From contig CM074807.1 of the NCBI GenBank assembly GCA_037447605.1, forward strand, positions 1,612,001 through 1,676,000: a stretch of DNA of 64,000 nt. The letters are read 5' to 3'. Below, in pieces: positions 13,301 through 25,597 of the stretch. This stretch comes from Zygnema circumcarinatum SAG 698-1b. Lineage: Eukaryota; Plantae; Zygnematophyceae. Numbering within the stretch: the first letter of the stretch is position 1; every line of letters begins with the position of its first letter. Position numbers and translations under genes: made by a program. Below the pieces are notes generated by a model. That model had not been told where the DNA came from, ran no database searches, and was given only the letters and a program-made list of their open reading frames with translations.

Positions 13301-16300
13301 CCGCGGGGCCGATAATAGACCCCCCTGAACCTGCAAAGCAAGAACATTTGGGCGGCTGAATGCCTGCTACTTCAACGGAGACTGCTTATGGCTGCCATAG
13401 GGCTAATGCAATCTTGACGTACTACGTAATTTCCTGGCGAGGAGCCATGCCAAAATGCGAGCGGAGTGCGCAAAAATTAGCACACTTCCTAATTCATGGC
13501 TCTGCTTGGAGCGTGGATGAAATGGCTGCTAAACAGCCTAGTATTGGATGCTTTCACTAGCATGCAAACAAAACAGCCTTCTCATAGCCAAGCCTCCCAG
13601 AGAGGACCCCCCAAGTATGTCGACAACAATGTCTTAACCCGACGTTAGAACCCAAAAGTAAAATGCTGATGGGCAGACCTGTCTCCTGATCCAATTGGCC
13701 AGTTGACAGGGCAGGTTGCAAGGTCAAACTCCTTCTCTATCTGGTCGAGCAGTTCGAGGGGTTCAAGGGCAGGCCGGTCCATCTTATTCATAAATGTAAA
13801 GATTGGAAGCTTGCGCATGCGGCAAACCTGCAACCACCCAAAGCTCACATTGAACAACCTATTGCTGCTGCCGACAGACATTGGTTCTGACTCTGAAATG
13901 TGTTCATTGCAACAAGATCATTTCAATATATAGACAAGCCAAGCTCTCTACGTTCTCCCTGAGACCTTTCTGTATTTAAGTTCAACAGCAAGGAAAGAGT
14001 AAGATTGAAGAAAGCCGTTTGCTTGACAGAATAGAACATTGCAGGCGGTTGCGTGAGCAGAGAAGCAGCACACCTCAAACAGCTTGCGGGTCTGCGGCTC
14101 AAGACCTTTCGCAGCGTCCACAAGCATAACTGCATTGTCTGCTGCTGCGAGAGTCCTGTCATTCACGGATCAAAGTTGCAATACTATTGTTAGCATAACG
14201 TAGTCACTATCCGATTTCTTCTTTCACGGCTATCTTACAGATCAACCCTGTGACAGCAGCAAGGAACCAATCGAAAAAAATCAAGCTTACAGATGCTTTA
14301 GAACAGGCTTTGGAACAGGAAGTTGCTACCTGTATGTGTCTTCTCCAAAGTCCTGCCATCCACAACGACCTCCCATACAAAAGGGCATCAGTCTGCAACT
14401 AACGTTGATGCAGATACAAAATGCAGTCTTGTGACCACGTACATGAGTGCATGTGTTCATCGGTGAAGGTGCAATCTATGCTATCATCAATTTCGTCCCT
14501 CGAGATTGCTGAAATTTTGGACGCGATTTTAAGCATTTTTTGAAGCAGCAAACCATCATATACAACCTCGCCTAGGCTCAGTACACTACTCAGAGACTGC
14601 TAACTCGCAGGGCTTGTATCACCCTGCAAGAGAAAGCGGCTTACCTGATGACCTGGTGTATCGAGAAGAGTGATCTGCTTGCCTTTCGTTTCAAAAACCA
14701 TCGCTGTTGACGTAATGGAAATGCCTGAGCCGCCAAATAAAACGCAAATTTAAAGTTATGTCGTAAGGAGATCTCGAAATGGATTCAAACATAAGAAATC
14801 CACTTACTGTTCACGTAATACGGCAACTCTTTGAACAAACGCAGAAACAATTTCCCTAGAAGGAAACCATTTGCATTCAAATTGGATTTGCGTTGGAAAA
14901 ATACAGCAGCATCCACAGACAGCACATGCAGATGAAGCTGCCTTTAAGCCAGATACTCATATGACATTAATCATGCCTTTATGCGTACATGCCGCTTCAT
15001 AGGCCAAACGAAGATCCGGTAAGTTGAAGTTGTGCCACGATCTTTGCTACTGTTATTACATGTAGAATCTAGTAAGTTGCTTTCCCAGTATCATCTAGTG
15101 ACTTTGACACGCAACCCATTGTGAGAACGTGTCAATGCTTGCTCAATTTCCCATACACAATTGGAGGTGGTCACTCAACCCTAAAAGCGAAACAGTCATC
15201 TACTACGTATTTATTTATGGGAGAGGGTTGCCAGGTAGAGGATGGAGAATAGAGAGAGTACTTCTTCGCCGAATGTGAAGAGAGAGTCAAAACCCAACCT
15301 TCATCACCTCATAAGCGATAATACTCTTTGCTAACAAACCATAAAAGGTCAAGGTCCCCTTTGCATGGGGATTACGACGACTTTGGGAATTGGCAAAAAC
15401 TGTATTCAGATTAAACGTATAACTGTATTCTTAAACGCCCACCTCGCTGCTTTTCAAGCTCCATCCAGTCGGAGGTAGCAGACTTCGCTGCCCTCCTCGC
15501 CTTGACAACACCGGCCTCGTGAATTGCACCACCATATAAAAGCAGCTTCTCTGTCTGTTCATCCAAGACCACGAAAAAGCCAAACCTGCCAGATAAGAGG
15601 GTTTTCAGATAGCCTCCAATTTTCCGTAAAGGATTTCAGCGGCTTGACGAACCTCAGGGTTTGGAAGAATTTGTGAATGTGCAAACCGAATTCCTCATGA
15701 AGTGATAATCGAAGGCAATGCTAAGTAATATGCGACAGTAATCTACTTTCATTCATACTTAAACAATTCAGTATGAGTCCTCTTTGGCTCGATAAAGCTT
15801 CGGTTTGAGAAAAAAGCTCGCTTACCTTGAACTCTTCAAATGATGGGAGATGCTACCCTAGTAAAGTTTAATCAATATATGCAACGACCGTAACATTGAA
15901 AGTCTGCTCTGCTTGAAGCTGACTCATCAAGTATACATTAACAAGCCCACCACGCTGCAATATGCGTCACCTCACCAAGGTGGTCTTCCCAGCATCTGGA
16001 TGTGAAATAATTGCAAAGTTGCGACGTCTTTCGACTTCCCGAGCAATATCAGCTGGAGTTAGCACGTCCGCCACCTCCGCTCTGTCCATATCCCTGAGGC
16101 CTTCATCGCCTTGGATAATTTCACCACTGGTAGTGCTTCCGTCCATCTCCATAGAATCAAGAGCCAGTTCTTTCTCTCCACCTTGAACAACATCAGAATT
16201 TTCGGTTTCTTCACAATCCACGCTAATTTCTCTTCTCAATTCTACAACTTCTAACGACCCATTCTTCTCAGAAACACGCTCGTGCTGCTCAGCTCCACCA

Positions 16301-16728
16301 GCCTGAGCTTGAATAAGTTGAGGGCCTACATCCAGCGCATTACCATTCTCACAAGCTGCATGACCGTTCCTCAAATCCTCACTCTCCGCCGAACTTCCTG
16401 GCAAATCTTCACCCAGCAGCTCGATTCCGGATGGAGCACCTGCAGCCTCTGATGTGCGCGCGACAGCAAATGACCGGTGCGAACACGCTCCTCGACTGCT
16501 TGTCCTGTCTAGCACTGCCACACTCTGCAGCGACGCAGTTCGTAAGCGACTCTCCCCCTTCACCTTCACAGCGCACCTCATCCATGGCGACCCCGTGCTT
16601 GAATGCCCTGCGCCAGCTGTACAGCATCCCGCTGCTCCGACCGAGCATCTTGCAACACTTGTAGCCGCTTTATTATGCAAAGAGCGGCTCAGTTTCACCA
16701 GCACGCAGTCTCCGGCCAAAGCCTCCAT
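10326..16728 (-). CDS. prfC: Peptide chain release factor 3 (bacterial/organellar-type GTPase) with a long N-terminal transit-like extension, 16 exons
   Basis: [76 protein letters not shown] and FSPELF motifs. Exons run from 16728-15976, 15554-15443, 14724-14645, 14352-14330 ... to 10394-10326, all GT-AG and in phase. Confidence 0.95.
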
Positions 16729-17022
16729 GGCTGCGGAGAGCCGAAGAAATTAGGGTTTTCAGGGAAGCAGTGCAGAAATTGCCCCTTGCCGACCGCTCCT
16801 TCAAGGGAAGCTTCGATCGCTGCTTCCGCGCGCCTTCACTGGGTTCCTCCCGCTGTCGTCACGCGGGTGCCATGGCCCGCACGTGCCAGGGAGGCCTGCT
16901 ATTGGCAGAAGGGCCTGCACTGGGACTGTACTTCAAGAGGACGAGGGATTGTGAGAGCGAGAGAGGGTTAAGGAGCAGAGCAGGAGTGAGAGTTAGAGAG
17001 TGAGAGAGTGAGAGTAGGCGTG

Positions 17023-19297
17023 ATGGCGCCCAAGCTCTGGTGGGGGTCGGGCTCTTCGTGGTGCTGGCGCATTCAAATCGTTTTGGAGGAGAAGGGTATC
17101 GACTACGAGTCCATTCTCATCAGGTAATGTTGCGGCCATAGCTGACATTGCTGCGAAAGCCGCTTCTGTTGAATATCAGGAGCTAACAGTGTTTGGAGTG
17201 CTGTGGCGCCTTGCAGCTTCTCTGAACGGGAGCACAAGAAGCCTCCTGTTTCGACCCTCAACAGACGTGGACAGGTGTGCTTCCTCTTTTGATGTTGACT
17301 GTAACTTGTGTTGAGTTGGTGGAACTGCAAAGAGATGCTAGATTTTTTTTTTTTTTGCCATCCATTTTTCTTCGGGAAATGTGGAATACTGATCGTCTTG
17401 CTCCCTCTTGTTGTGCCTTTTTGTTTTCATCGTCTTTCACGGCTAGCTACTTATGCAACGTGTAGATGAAGTCTCAACCAGCTTATTTTTGCTTGCGTGC
17501 TTACCCGTTGTATCGTGTGTGGCTTTTTATCGCCCACTTATCAGACCTTGGTATGACTAAAGGCCTCCACAATGCTAGAGGATGTAAAGTTGTGTAACGT
17601 CGGTCACGTTGTCGATGTAAGCGCCTGTTGCAATGTCTTCTTGCTGCTGCTTGAAGTCGCTGATCATGTATACCGTATCAACTGATGAACAGGTGCCGAC
17701 CTTTGTTGACGGTGATGTGGTCATCTGCGAGTCAAGCGCTGTCTGCCATTATTTGGAGGCTGCGTATCCTGATAGGTGATCGTCTTGTTTCCATGGAACC
17801 TGTCTGTACCTGCTACCCTCATGTGCTGTAATGTGGGAAGACGAAGATTTGCAGAAGGGGGTAGCGTGAACCGAATTTATTTTCGGGTATGGTTTCTGTG
17901 TCACATAAATGTTTATCACTTCAGGATATGAAACTTACTGTGGAAAAGTCATTACTTTGTGAGGTTTTCCATTGTCCCAAATGACAGATGAGGCCTCTAA
18001 GGGAAGCTCACATTGCTGTCGTCCATTGATTTAGTTTACTCAATCTCGCTTGTTTGGCGATTGCAGCGGGGTAAAGCTCATTCCGGATGATCTTAAGACC
18101 AAGGCAGAGGTTCTGCAGTTTATGTACGAGTCTGACAACTTGTACACTGTGTTCCGTAAGTCTACCTGCAAACCCGAATTTACCTTTATCTATCTTTGGT
18201 GATGTTACTATCAAAACTAAAAGCGATTTTGAGTGTTTATGCAATGAGATTGTTGAAGCTTGCTCATTCTAGAGGAAAGACTAGGGGACTGAAATATACA
18301 TTCACAGAAAAGGCTGTGTGTTTTTCGTCTTTACATGACATCCTACAGAGTGATTTCCTAAAGGCCAACGATAGTTTGCTCGAGGCTTTTAGCATCGTGG
18401 CTGGAGGCAGCGGAAGCAGCAGGTGAAACTTGAATAACCTTCAAAATACAGACAGAGTAGCTGAGCGGGTCGAACTTTGGTTGCGTGGAGTGCAGGATGC
18501 GTCGCCTTCGACTACTTCATGCCGGCGTTCAAAGCAGGAACGGTCGATCCGACTGAACACAAGGAGAAGGTTGCGCCGGTGAAGGCAGAGCTTGCTCTAT
18601 GGGAAAGTTCATTGACTGTGAGTACAGTGACCCCTTTTTAAACTGATGACTAAGTGGCACAAGGACTACTAAGGAGCTTGTGTTTTGTGAAATTCTTTTT
18701 TGTTTTTACTGAAACTGCAGGTTGCTGAATTTGCAGGGAAAGAAATATTTGGTTAATGAAACGTTCACGATGGCGGATGCCTTCTTTTACCCGTTCTTGG
18801 CTTCATTTATCCGATGGGGTCTTGATTTGGAGAAGGCTGGGTTTCCTGCACTTGCTGCGTAAGCCACAGCTACCTGCCACTCATGAGTGGAAGAGATAGA
18901 CAAGAGTCTCGGTTTCATTGTCAAGGTTCAAACCGCACACTGGAAGTGGTGACATGCAAGCCGCCACTGCTTTGGCTTGTTTCTGGAGTCCCATGGGCCT
19001 CTGACAATGTTCGCTAAAGCATTGATGCACCAGTCTCAATTTGGATCGTCAGAATTGACTCCAGCTCTTGACTTGTTTAAGTGCACTAGCTGCTGAAAGT
19101 GGCAAGGCTGGTTCTGGACTCTGCGATTGAAATCTTCTGAAGGATGAATTGCTTGAGGCTTACCTATTAACACGCAAAGCTTTTGTCGTTGCTGTGGCAG
19201 ATATGACGCGCACATGTCGGTGAAGGAGAGCGTGCAGAAGACCGCCCCGCCCCACTGGAAGGAGGGGCCCGGCACGCCTGCCTTTGCGAACGTGTAG
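17023..19297 (+). CDS. Glutathione S-transferase resembling the rho class, 7 exons
   Basis: Exons 17023-17123, 17217-17274, 17693-17775, 18067-18155, 18496-18617, 18737-18858 and 19201-19297. They give MAPKLWWGSGSSWCWRIQIVLEEKG..N.RGQVPTFVDGDVVICESSAVCHYLE..GVKLIPDD..FTMADAFFYP..PPHW. GST fold certain; class assignment is by eye. Confidence 0.88.
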
Positions 19298-19846
19298 AGG
19301 CGCTTTCTCTCCCGCGGGGTTCAGCCCATATAGCTGGTGCCAGGGAGGGGGTCGGCGTTAGAGCCGCTACCATGGGCCGTGGAGCTTCTTTGCTTTTTTA
19401 TTGTCAGGATAATCAGAGCCACAGAGCAGTGTTTGTGCTGGAACGAAATGCAACGATGGAATGTTTATTTATCACGAATGTCATGGGCGAGTCCTTGTCC
19501 TGCAACCTCTCTTGGTGATAGCTGACTCCTCTGCGGAGCCTCCACCATTTGCGGTTGTGGGTGTGTGAAAGCAATTTCCTCTCTTGCCATATGGACCGTA
19601 CCCTTACAAAGACTTCAATTTGTGTTATGGCCAGACCATGTACACTTCAACGAAGAGAAAATAAGCCATTGTGCATTTCGTATATATAAGAGGTAACAGT
19701 GCAGTGCCATGTCCGTTGGCAGATGCTGTAATGCGTTTGTGTTTCAGCACTGTGCATATAAACGCTGTGTCCATGTCATGTACCGTCACAGCACGCAACC
19801 GTTGAACTGGCTTCACAAAAAGGCGGTAAACAGCCGCATGGAACGC

Positions 19847-19940
19847 CACGTGGCGGCCTGCCCGAGAGGCGTGGAGTACGGCCTCTCTGGAAGGTTCGCG
19901 CGCCGACGCCTCTCGAACCTCCGCCCTTCCAAAACGTTCC
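19847..19940 (+). promoter_or_regulatory. Heat-shock-element cluster plus G-box upstream of HSP110
   Basis: CTC-tg-GAA-gg-TTC (19885-19897), CTC-tc-GAA (19910-19917), TTC-ca-AAA-cg-TTC (19927-19939); CACGTG at 19847. Confidence 0.6.
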
Positions 19941-20251
19941 AAACCGCGCCACGGCACCGCCAAAATCAGAATGCGCAATGTCGACCGTCGGATCTCGCGT
20001 CCGACGGCTATCCGCGTCCGAGGTCTGACCGAAAAATTTGGGCTGCGGCTGTTTTGAGGGGCCCTCCTGCCTGCCTACGCTTTTGAATGGTGCGTGGAGG
20101 GGGGTTTGTGAGGGCAGGGCAGGGCCTGGAACTCGCTGAAGGGGAAGGGGAAGAGCCTGCAGAAGGGTCTGTTCAGGAGGAGAAGGGAGCGGCTGCAGGA
20201 ATAAGAGGGCTTGTGTTGGAGGTGTAGAGAGGGAAGAGAGAGGCGGGCAAG

Positions 20252-23200
20252 ATGAGCGTGGTTGGGTTTGACGTTGGCAACGAAAGCGGCATTGTGGGAG
20301 TTGCAAGGCAGCGAGGCATAGACGTGGTGTTGAACGATGAGTCGAAGCGGGAGACGCCCATGGTGGCGTCGTTTGGAGAGATGCAAAGGTTTCTGGGAGT
20401 AGCGGGAGCTGCGTCACAGTTGATGAACCCGAAGAACACGGTAGTGCAGATGAAGAGATTAATCGGGAGGAAGTTTAGCGATCCTGCGATTCAGAAGGAC
20501 ATCGCTCTGCTGCCGTTTTCTGTAACTGAAGGGCCTGACGGAGAAGCGCAGATCAATGTTATGTACTTGAACGAGAAAAGGTCGTTCACACCTACTCAAG
20601 TTCTTGCCATGATGCTTGCAAACTTGAAAACGATAGCCGAGAAAAACTTAGGCACAACAGTCGTGGATTGCGTGATTGGAATTCCTGTGTACTTTACCGA
20701 TGCACAGCGCAGAGCGTACTTGGATGCAGCGAGCATCGCTGGTCTGAATCCCCTGCGGCTTATGCATGAGACGACAGCCACCGCTCTTTCATACGGTATC
20801 TATAAGACAGATCTTTCGGATACGGATCCGCTTCATGTGGCCTTTGTGGACGTTGGGCATGCCAGCATGCAAGTGTGTGTGGTGGCCTTCAAGAAGGGCC
20901 AGCTCAAGATATTGTCACATTCTTTTGACGATTCTTTGGGGGGGCGCGACTTTGATGAGGCGCTCTTCAACCACTTTGCTGACCAGTTCAAAACAGAGTA
21001 TAAGATTGATGTGCGGTCGAACGCTCGGGCGTCCTTGCGCCTGCGTTCTTCTTGTGAGAAAATGAAGAAGGTTTTGAGTGCAAATCCTGAGGCACCGTTA
21101 TCTATCGAATGTCTGATGGACGAAAAGGATGTTAGGGGGTTCATGAAGCGAGAGCTCTTTGAGGAGCTCGCTGCGCCTGTCTTGGAGCGCGTGAAGGCGC
21201 CCTGTCAAAGGGCTTTGGAAGAAGCCGGCATCCCTGTTGACAAAATTAGTGTAGTAGAAGTCGTTGGCTCAGGTTCCCGCGTTCCAGCCATTTTGAAAAT
21301 TCTTTCATCTGTATTTGGTAAGGAACCCAAACGTACGATGAATGCTAGTGAGTGTATTGCACGAGGATGTGCCCTTCAGTGCGCCATGCTGAGCCCGACC
21401 TTTAAGGTTCGCGATTTTGAGGTGAGCTCCAGCAGCAATTGCTGATATAGCAGCAGCGCTTTACATCAAGGCTGTAAAGCAGGCTGACAGCGTACGCAAT
21501 TGTGTTTTCTGCACTATTCACTCCGTTGTTGTGTTACTATCGGTGCCTTTGTTGACTTTAGCTCTCTGCATACTTTCTCGCATTTTTTTCTTTTAGGCTA
21601 TTCTTTTTGTTTCCGTGTCTGGCTTTTCTTGTGTTTTATTTTCCTCTGTACTGCTGCATTTAGGCAGTAACATTTTCTAGAGGCTCATGATATGGGCCTG
21701 CATGAGTGCGAGGTCCTCCGGCCTGCTATATGTGCTCACCGTCCTGTAATAGACTTTTGAATCATTGTGTAATTGCATTTCTCCTTTCTATGTCTGTTGC
21801 TCTAGTTATTGCTTTTTGTGTTTCCCCTTTTTTTTTACTTCACAAGGCGTTCGCAAGAATCTCTTTCTATGTAAGGCTGTATCTGAGAATATTTGTTTCA
21901 CTTTGGCAGGTCCAAGATGCATATCCTTTTCCTATTGCACTGTCATGGAAGCATGCAAGTTCGCCCCCAGATGGTGGGGAAGGAGAAGAAGCTGCCGCAG
22001 TTCCGAATCAAATTGTGTTCACTAAGAATAATCCAATTCCTAGCTCGAAACTTCTCACCTTTTACCGCTCTGAAACTTTCACTATTGACGCATTCTACGT
22101 GAATGAGTCGGAGCTTCCCGCCGGTGCAACGCCGAAGATTGGAACATTTACGGTAGCTGCCGCTATTGCTTATGCTATGACTGTCGCTGTTTCATTTCGT
22201 AGCGATATTGCTGCCTAGCTATTTAGGTGTATTCACTAAGAAAAGTTCAATTCAGAGTGCTCCAGAAAATCATGTACGCGCTCTTTCAACATTTGTTCGT
22301 TTGGGCTGTCCAGGTGGGACCGTTCGCTCCCTTAAAGCTGGAGGATGTGAAGCCAAAACTGAAGGTCAAGATTCGCCTGAATCTCCATGGAATTCTATCT
22401 GTGGAATCAGCAACTGTAAGTGAAATCCGCGGATTCGAAAGTAGACCTGGATAATACTGGTTTTACTTGGTTTGTGTCCGTCGGGGTTTATCCTTGCCGA
22501 GGTTGAATCTGAGATTTTAAGATCAATGTAACGATCGCGTCACGATTGTTGAGAATAACCTGCGTTTTCCTCCTGTGTCGTGTTCTAAACGGTTGCTTCT
22601 CTTAGGGATGCATTGGTAGTAGCTCCTACTAAGTATGATCGTGCTTGGGTTGGCATACAGCTTTTGGAAGAAGAGGAGGTTGAGGTGAAAGGCACAGCGT
22701 CTATGGAGACGGACAATCAGTCGGGCTCTGCCGAGGCTGCTGCGACAGCATCTGAAGCGGACACCAAAATGGCAGACGCCCCTGATGCAGCTGGCCAGTC
22801 TGGCCAGGCTCAAAATGGAGCACCTAATGGAGTGGCTGAGGAAAAGCCCAAGGTTCGATTCAAGCACAACACTCTGTTGGTGACTTGGTTTTTTTTCTGG
22901 AATTATTGCTGATATTGAATTTTTGCCTCTTATTATCACGGGACGTTGTGGTCTGGTCGGCCATATATGTATTGCTCTCGGATATAGAAGTTTGTGAAGG
23001 TTTCATTGCCATATGCCTGCATGAGCATGTGCTCTAATGTCTCTGAACTATCATATTCACAGATCGGGTAGCCGTCCTATATTCATTTTTGCAAAAAAAT
23101 TGATGCTTTCTCTTTTTCAGGTTTGGGACTTTTTGCTATAAGTGAGTTTTGTTCTGTTATTGATTTTTGTTGGCTTCAGGACAGCAATGATGAGGATAAC

Positions 23201-25597
23201 AAACAGTAATTCTCGTGCCTTCTCTGCCGAGGACGGTACAATGGGATAAATTCGTCGATTGAGCTGTCCTGAGAAAATTCTGTGTCTTTTTAATTTGACT
23301 TCGTCATGTCCGTGTCAAACCCCGCTCGAGTCCAACTGTTTATTATCAATGTTTTTTGCAGCCTAAGAAGAAGACGAGGCGAACTGAAGTACCCATTCAG
23401 GCCAATTTGTATGGAGGCCTGTCTGCAACCAGCCTGCAGGGTTCTGTTGAGAAAGAGTATGAAATGGCACTCCAGGATCGGGTAATGGAGGAGACAAAGG
23501 ATAAGAAGAACTCGGTAGAAGCATATGTGTATGACATGAGGAATAAGGTAAGAAGACTGACAAGCTGCTGCTTGAGAGCATTGTTGTCTTTATCGTCAAA
23601 TGCGTCGGCATTTGAATTTAACTTTGACAGGTGGAAATACCAAGTCCTTCTGTGTTTGTGCTGTGATTCTTTTGTTTGATGGAAGTGTGTGTTGTAAAAT
23701 GTCTTACGTACATAGGACATGACCAATGTGGAAGAGAGAATAGTACATGTGTGTGGTCGAGAAATACTCGGTTTTGAGCATGTATGTTCTTATCTGATAA
23801 TCCTCCTTGTGCCGGTGCAGCTCTATGACAAGCTTCAGAATTTTGTAACAGATGCGGAGAGAGAACAGCTCACTACTAAGTTGCAGGAGACAGAAGATTG
23901 GCTATATGAGGATGGGGAGAATGAAACGAAGGGTGTTTATGTGGCGAAGCTGGAGGAATTGAAAAAGGTGTGATACCTCTTTTCTCTCACATTGGTTGGA
24001 TGCTATGCTTCTCTCGTCTCTTAGCAGTACTTTCGCCAAGTAGGCATACCGGAAGTGTCACAGCGTGTAGAAAACCGTGGCTATTCACCCATCTATTCGT
24101 CTACCTTGGAGTTGTCAGAATCGTATTCGTCGTTTTTTATCCTGAAGCCCGGGGGGCCTTGCAACTTCCTGAAACGATGTATATGTTATGGAATGAATGT
24201 GAAGCTATCCCGGCGTTGTTGTTCGACATCTAGGAAAGGGGTTATTTTTACCTTCAAATTTAGAATAAGTACAGTCGTATGGCAGTATGAATCAGCCAGT
24301 CCTCGCATTTCATTAGTTGGAATTGACACGTGCTTGTTGGTTCACAGCTGGGTGATCCGATTGAGAATCGATTGAAAGAGGAAGAGACGAGAGGGCGTGC
24401 CGTCGGGGAGTTAACATATTGTATCAACTCGTTCAGGGAAGCAGCTCAGGCTCAAGATGCGAGATATGATCACATTGACGCGGCAGACAAAGTGAAGGTG
24501 GGTTCTCGACCCATCAATTTGAAATACAATCTTTGAATGTACAGTTGTATGCCTATCTCCTGTTAGCGGCAGGGAATCAAGAGAGAATTCTCTGTTTCGA
24601 TAGTGATCTGCAGTCAACTGGTACTGGTGATTTCTTATAGGCTCTCTAGAACGGACGCTCAAACTGCGCTGGGTTTCTTCAGTCTCATATTAGCAGACTC
24701 GGGAGTTCTCCTTTACTGAATCGTCTTCGGTATACAAATGCACCAAGTGAAGCACTGCATGTTTAACTTATCAACGCATGTGGACAAAGCCGTTGACAAA
24801 TCGGCTTTGTACCTTTGCAGTTCCGTCATATTAGAATGCCCGTCGATAGCTATGGATTGTGGATCAGATAATTGTAAATGAAATGTGGATGGTGCATACT
24901 GGGTGCTAGTAAGAATCCCTTTTGCAGTTTGGTTGCGGATATTACAATGAAAAAGTCGAATCTATAGCGTAGTTAGTTGTCAAGCTTGCTTGTGTTGCAT
25001 TAGGTTCTACTCCGACGCAGGGCTCTGGAATGTAAGTGTAGCCGAAGGAGCATTGGAATGCCATTGTGTAAGATAAGTTTAAAGAGCATCATTCTGCTTG
25101 TGTGGATCCTGGCAACAGGTGGTTGAGGAGTGCAGTAAGGCGGAATCCTGGTTGAAAGACATGTCACAGCAGCAGAATCAGCTGCCTAAGACAGCAAACC
25201 CAGTACTGCTTACTGCTGACGTAAAGAAGAAGGCGGAAACACTCGACAGGTACTTCCCAGCCAGAACCCCATGTGTTAATTGTCTCTTCGATACGTCATG
25301 GAGTTTGGTCAGCTCTCTCTGAGGGGGAGGGGTTGGGGAACTACCATCTCATGCTTTGATAATGTCACATTTGCCTGTGTACTTTACTTATGAAGCATAA
25401 GATCCACATCACTGTGTCACTGCAGGTTCTGCAAGCCTATCATGACGAAGCCCAAGCCTACTCCCCCCAAAGCTGCAGCTCCCGAGCCAAAGCCGGAGCA
25501 GAAGGCGGAGGAAAAAGAGGTGCCCGGGCAGTCGATGGAGACAGAGGGCGCCCCTACTTCTGAAACTCCGGCAGGGGAGCCCATGGAGACGGATTAG
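20252..25597 (+). CDS. HSP110: HSP110/SSE-type cytosolic Hsp70 nucleotide-exchange factor (Hsp70-14/15-like), 9 exons
   Basis: MSVVGFDVGNE..ARQRGIDVVLNDESKRETP..GGRDFD..GSGSRVP. Exons 20252-21421, 21910-22152, 22314-22415, 22661-22852, 23362-23547, 23821-23967, 24348-24497, 25119-25249 and 25426-25597; ends PMETD*. Confidence 0.97.

Noticed and set aside
23180-23205. Extra HSP110 micro-exon (DSNDEDNK)
   Set aside because: The available GT donor is phase 2 and would frameshift the next exon; the flanking exons already join in phase 0.
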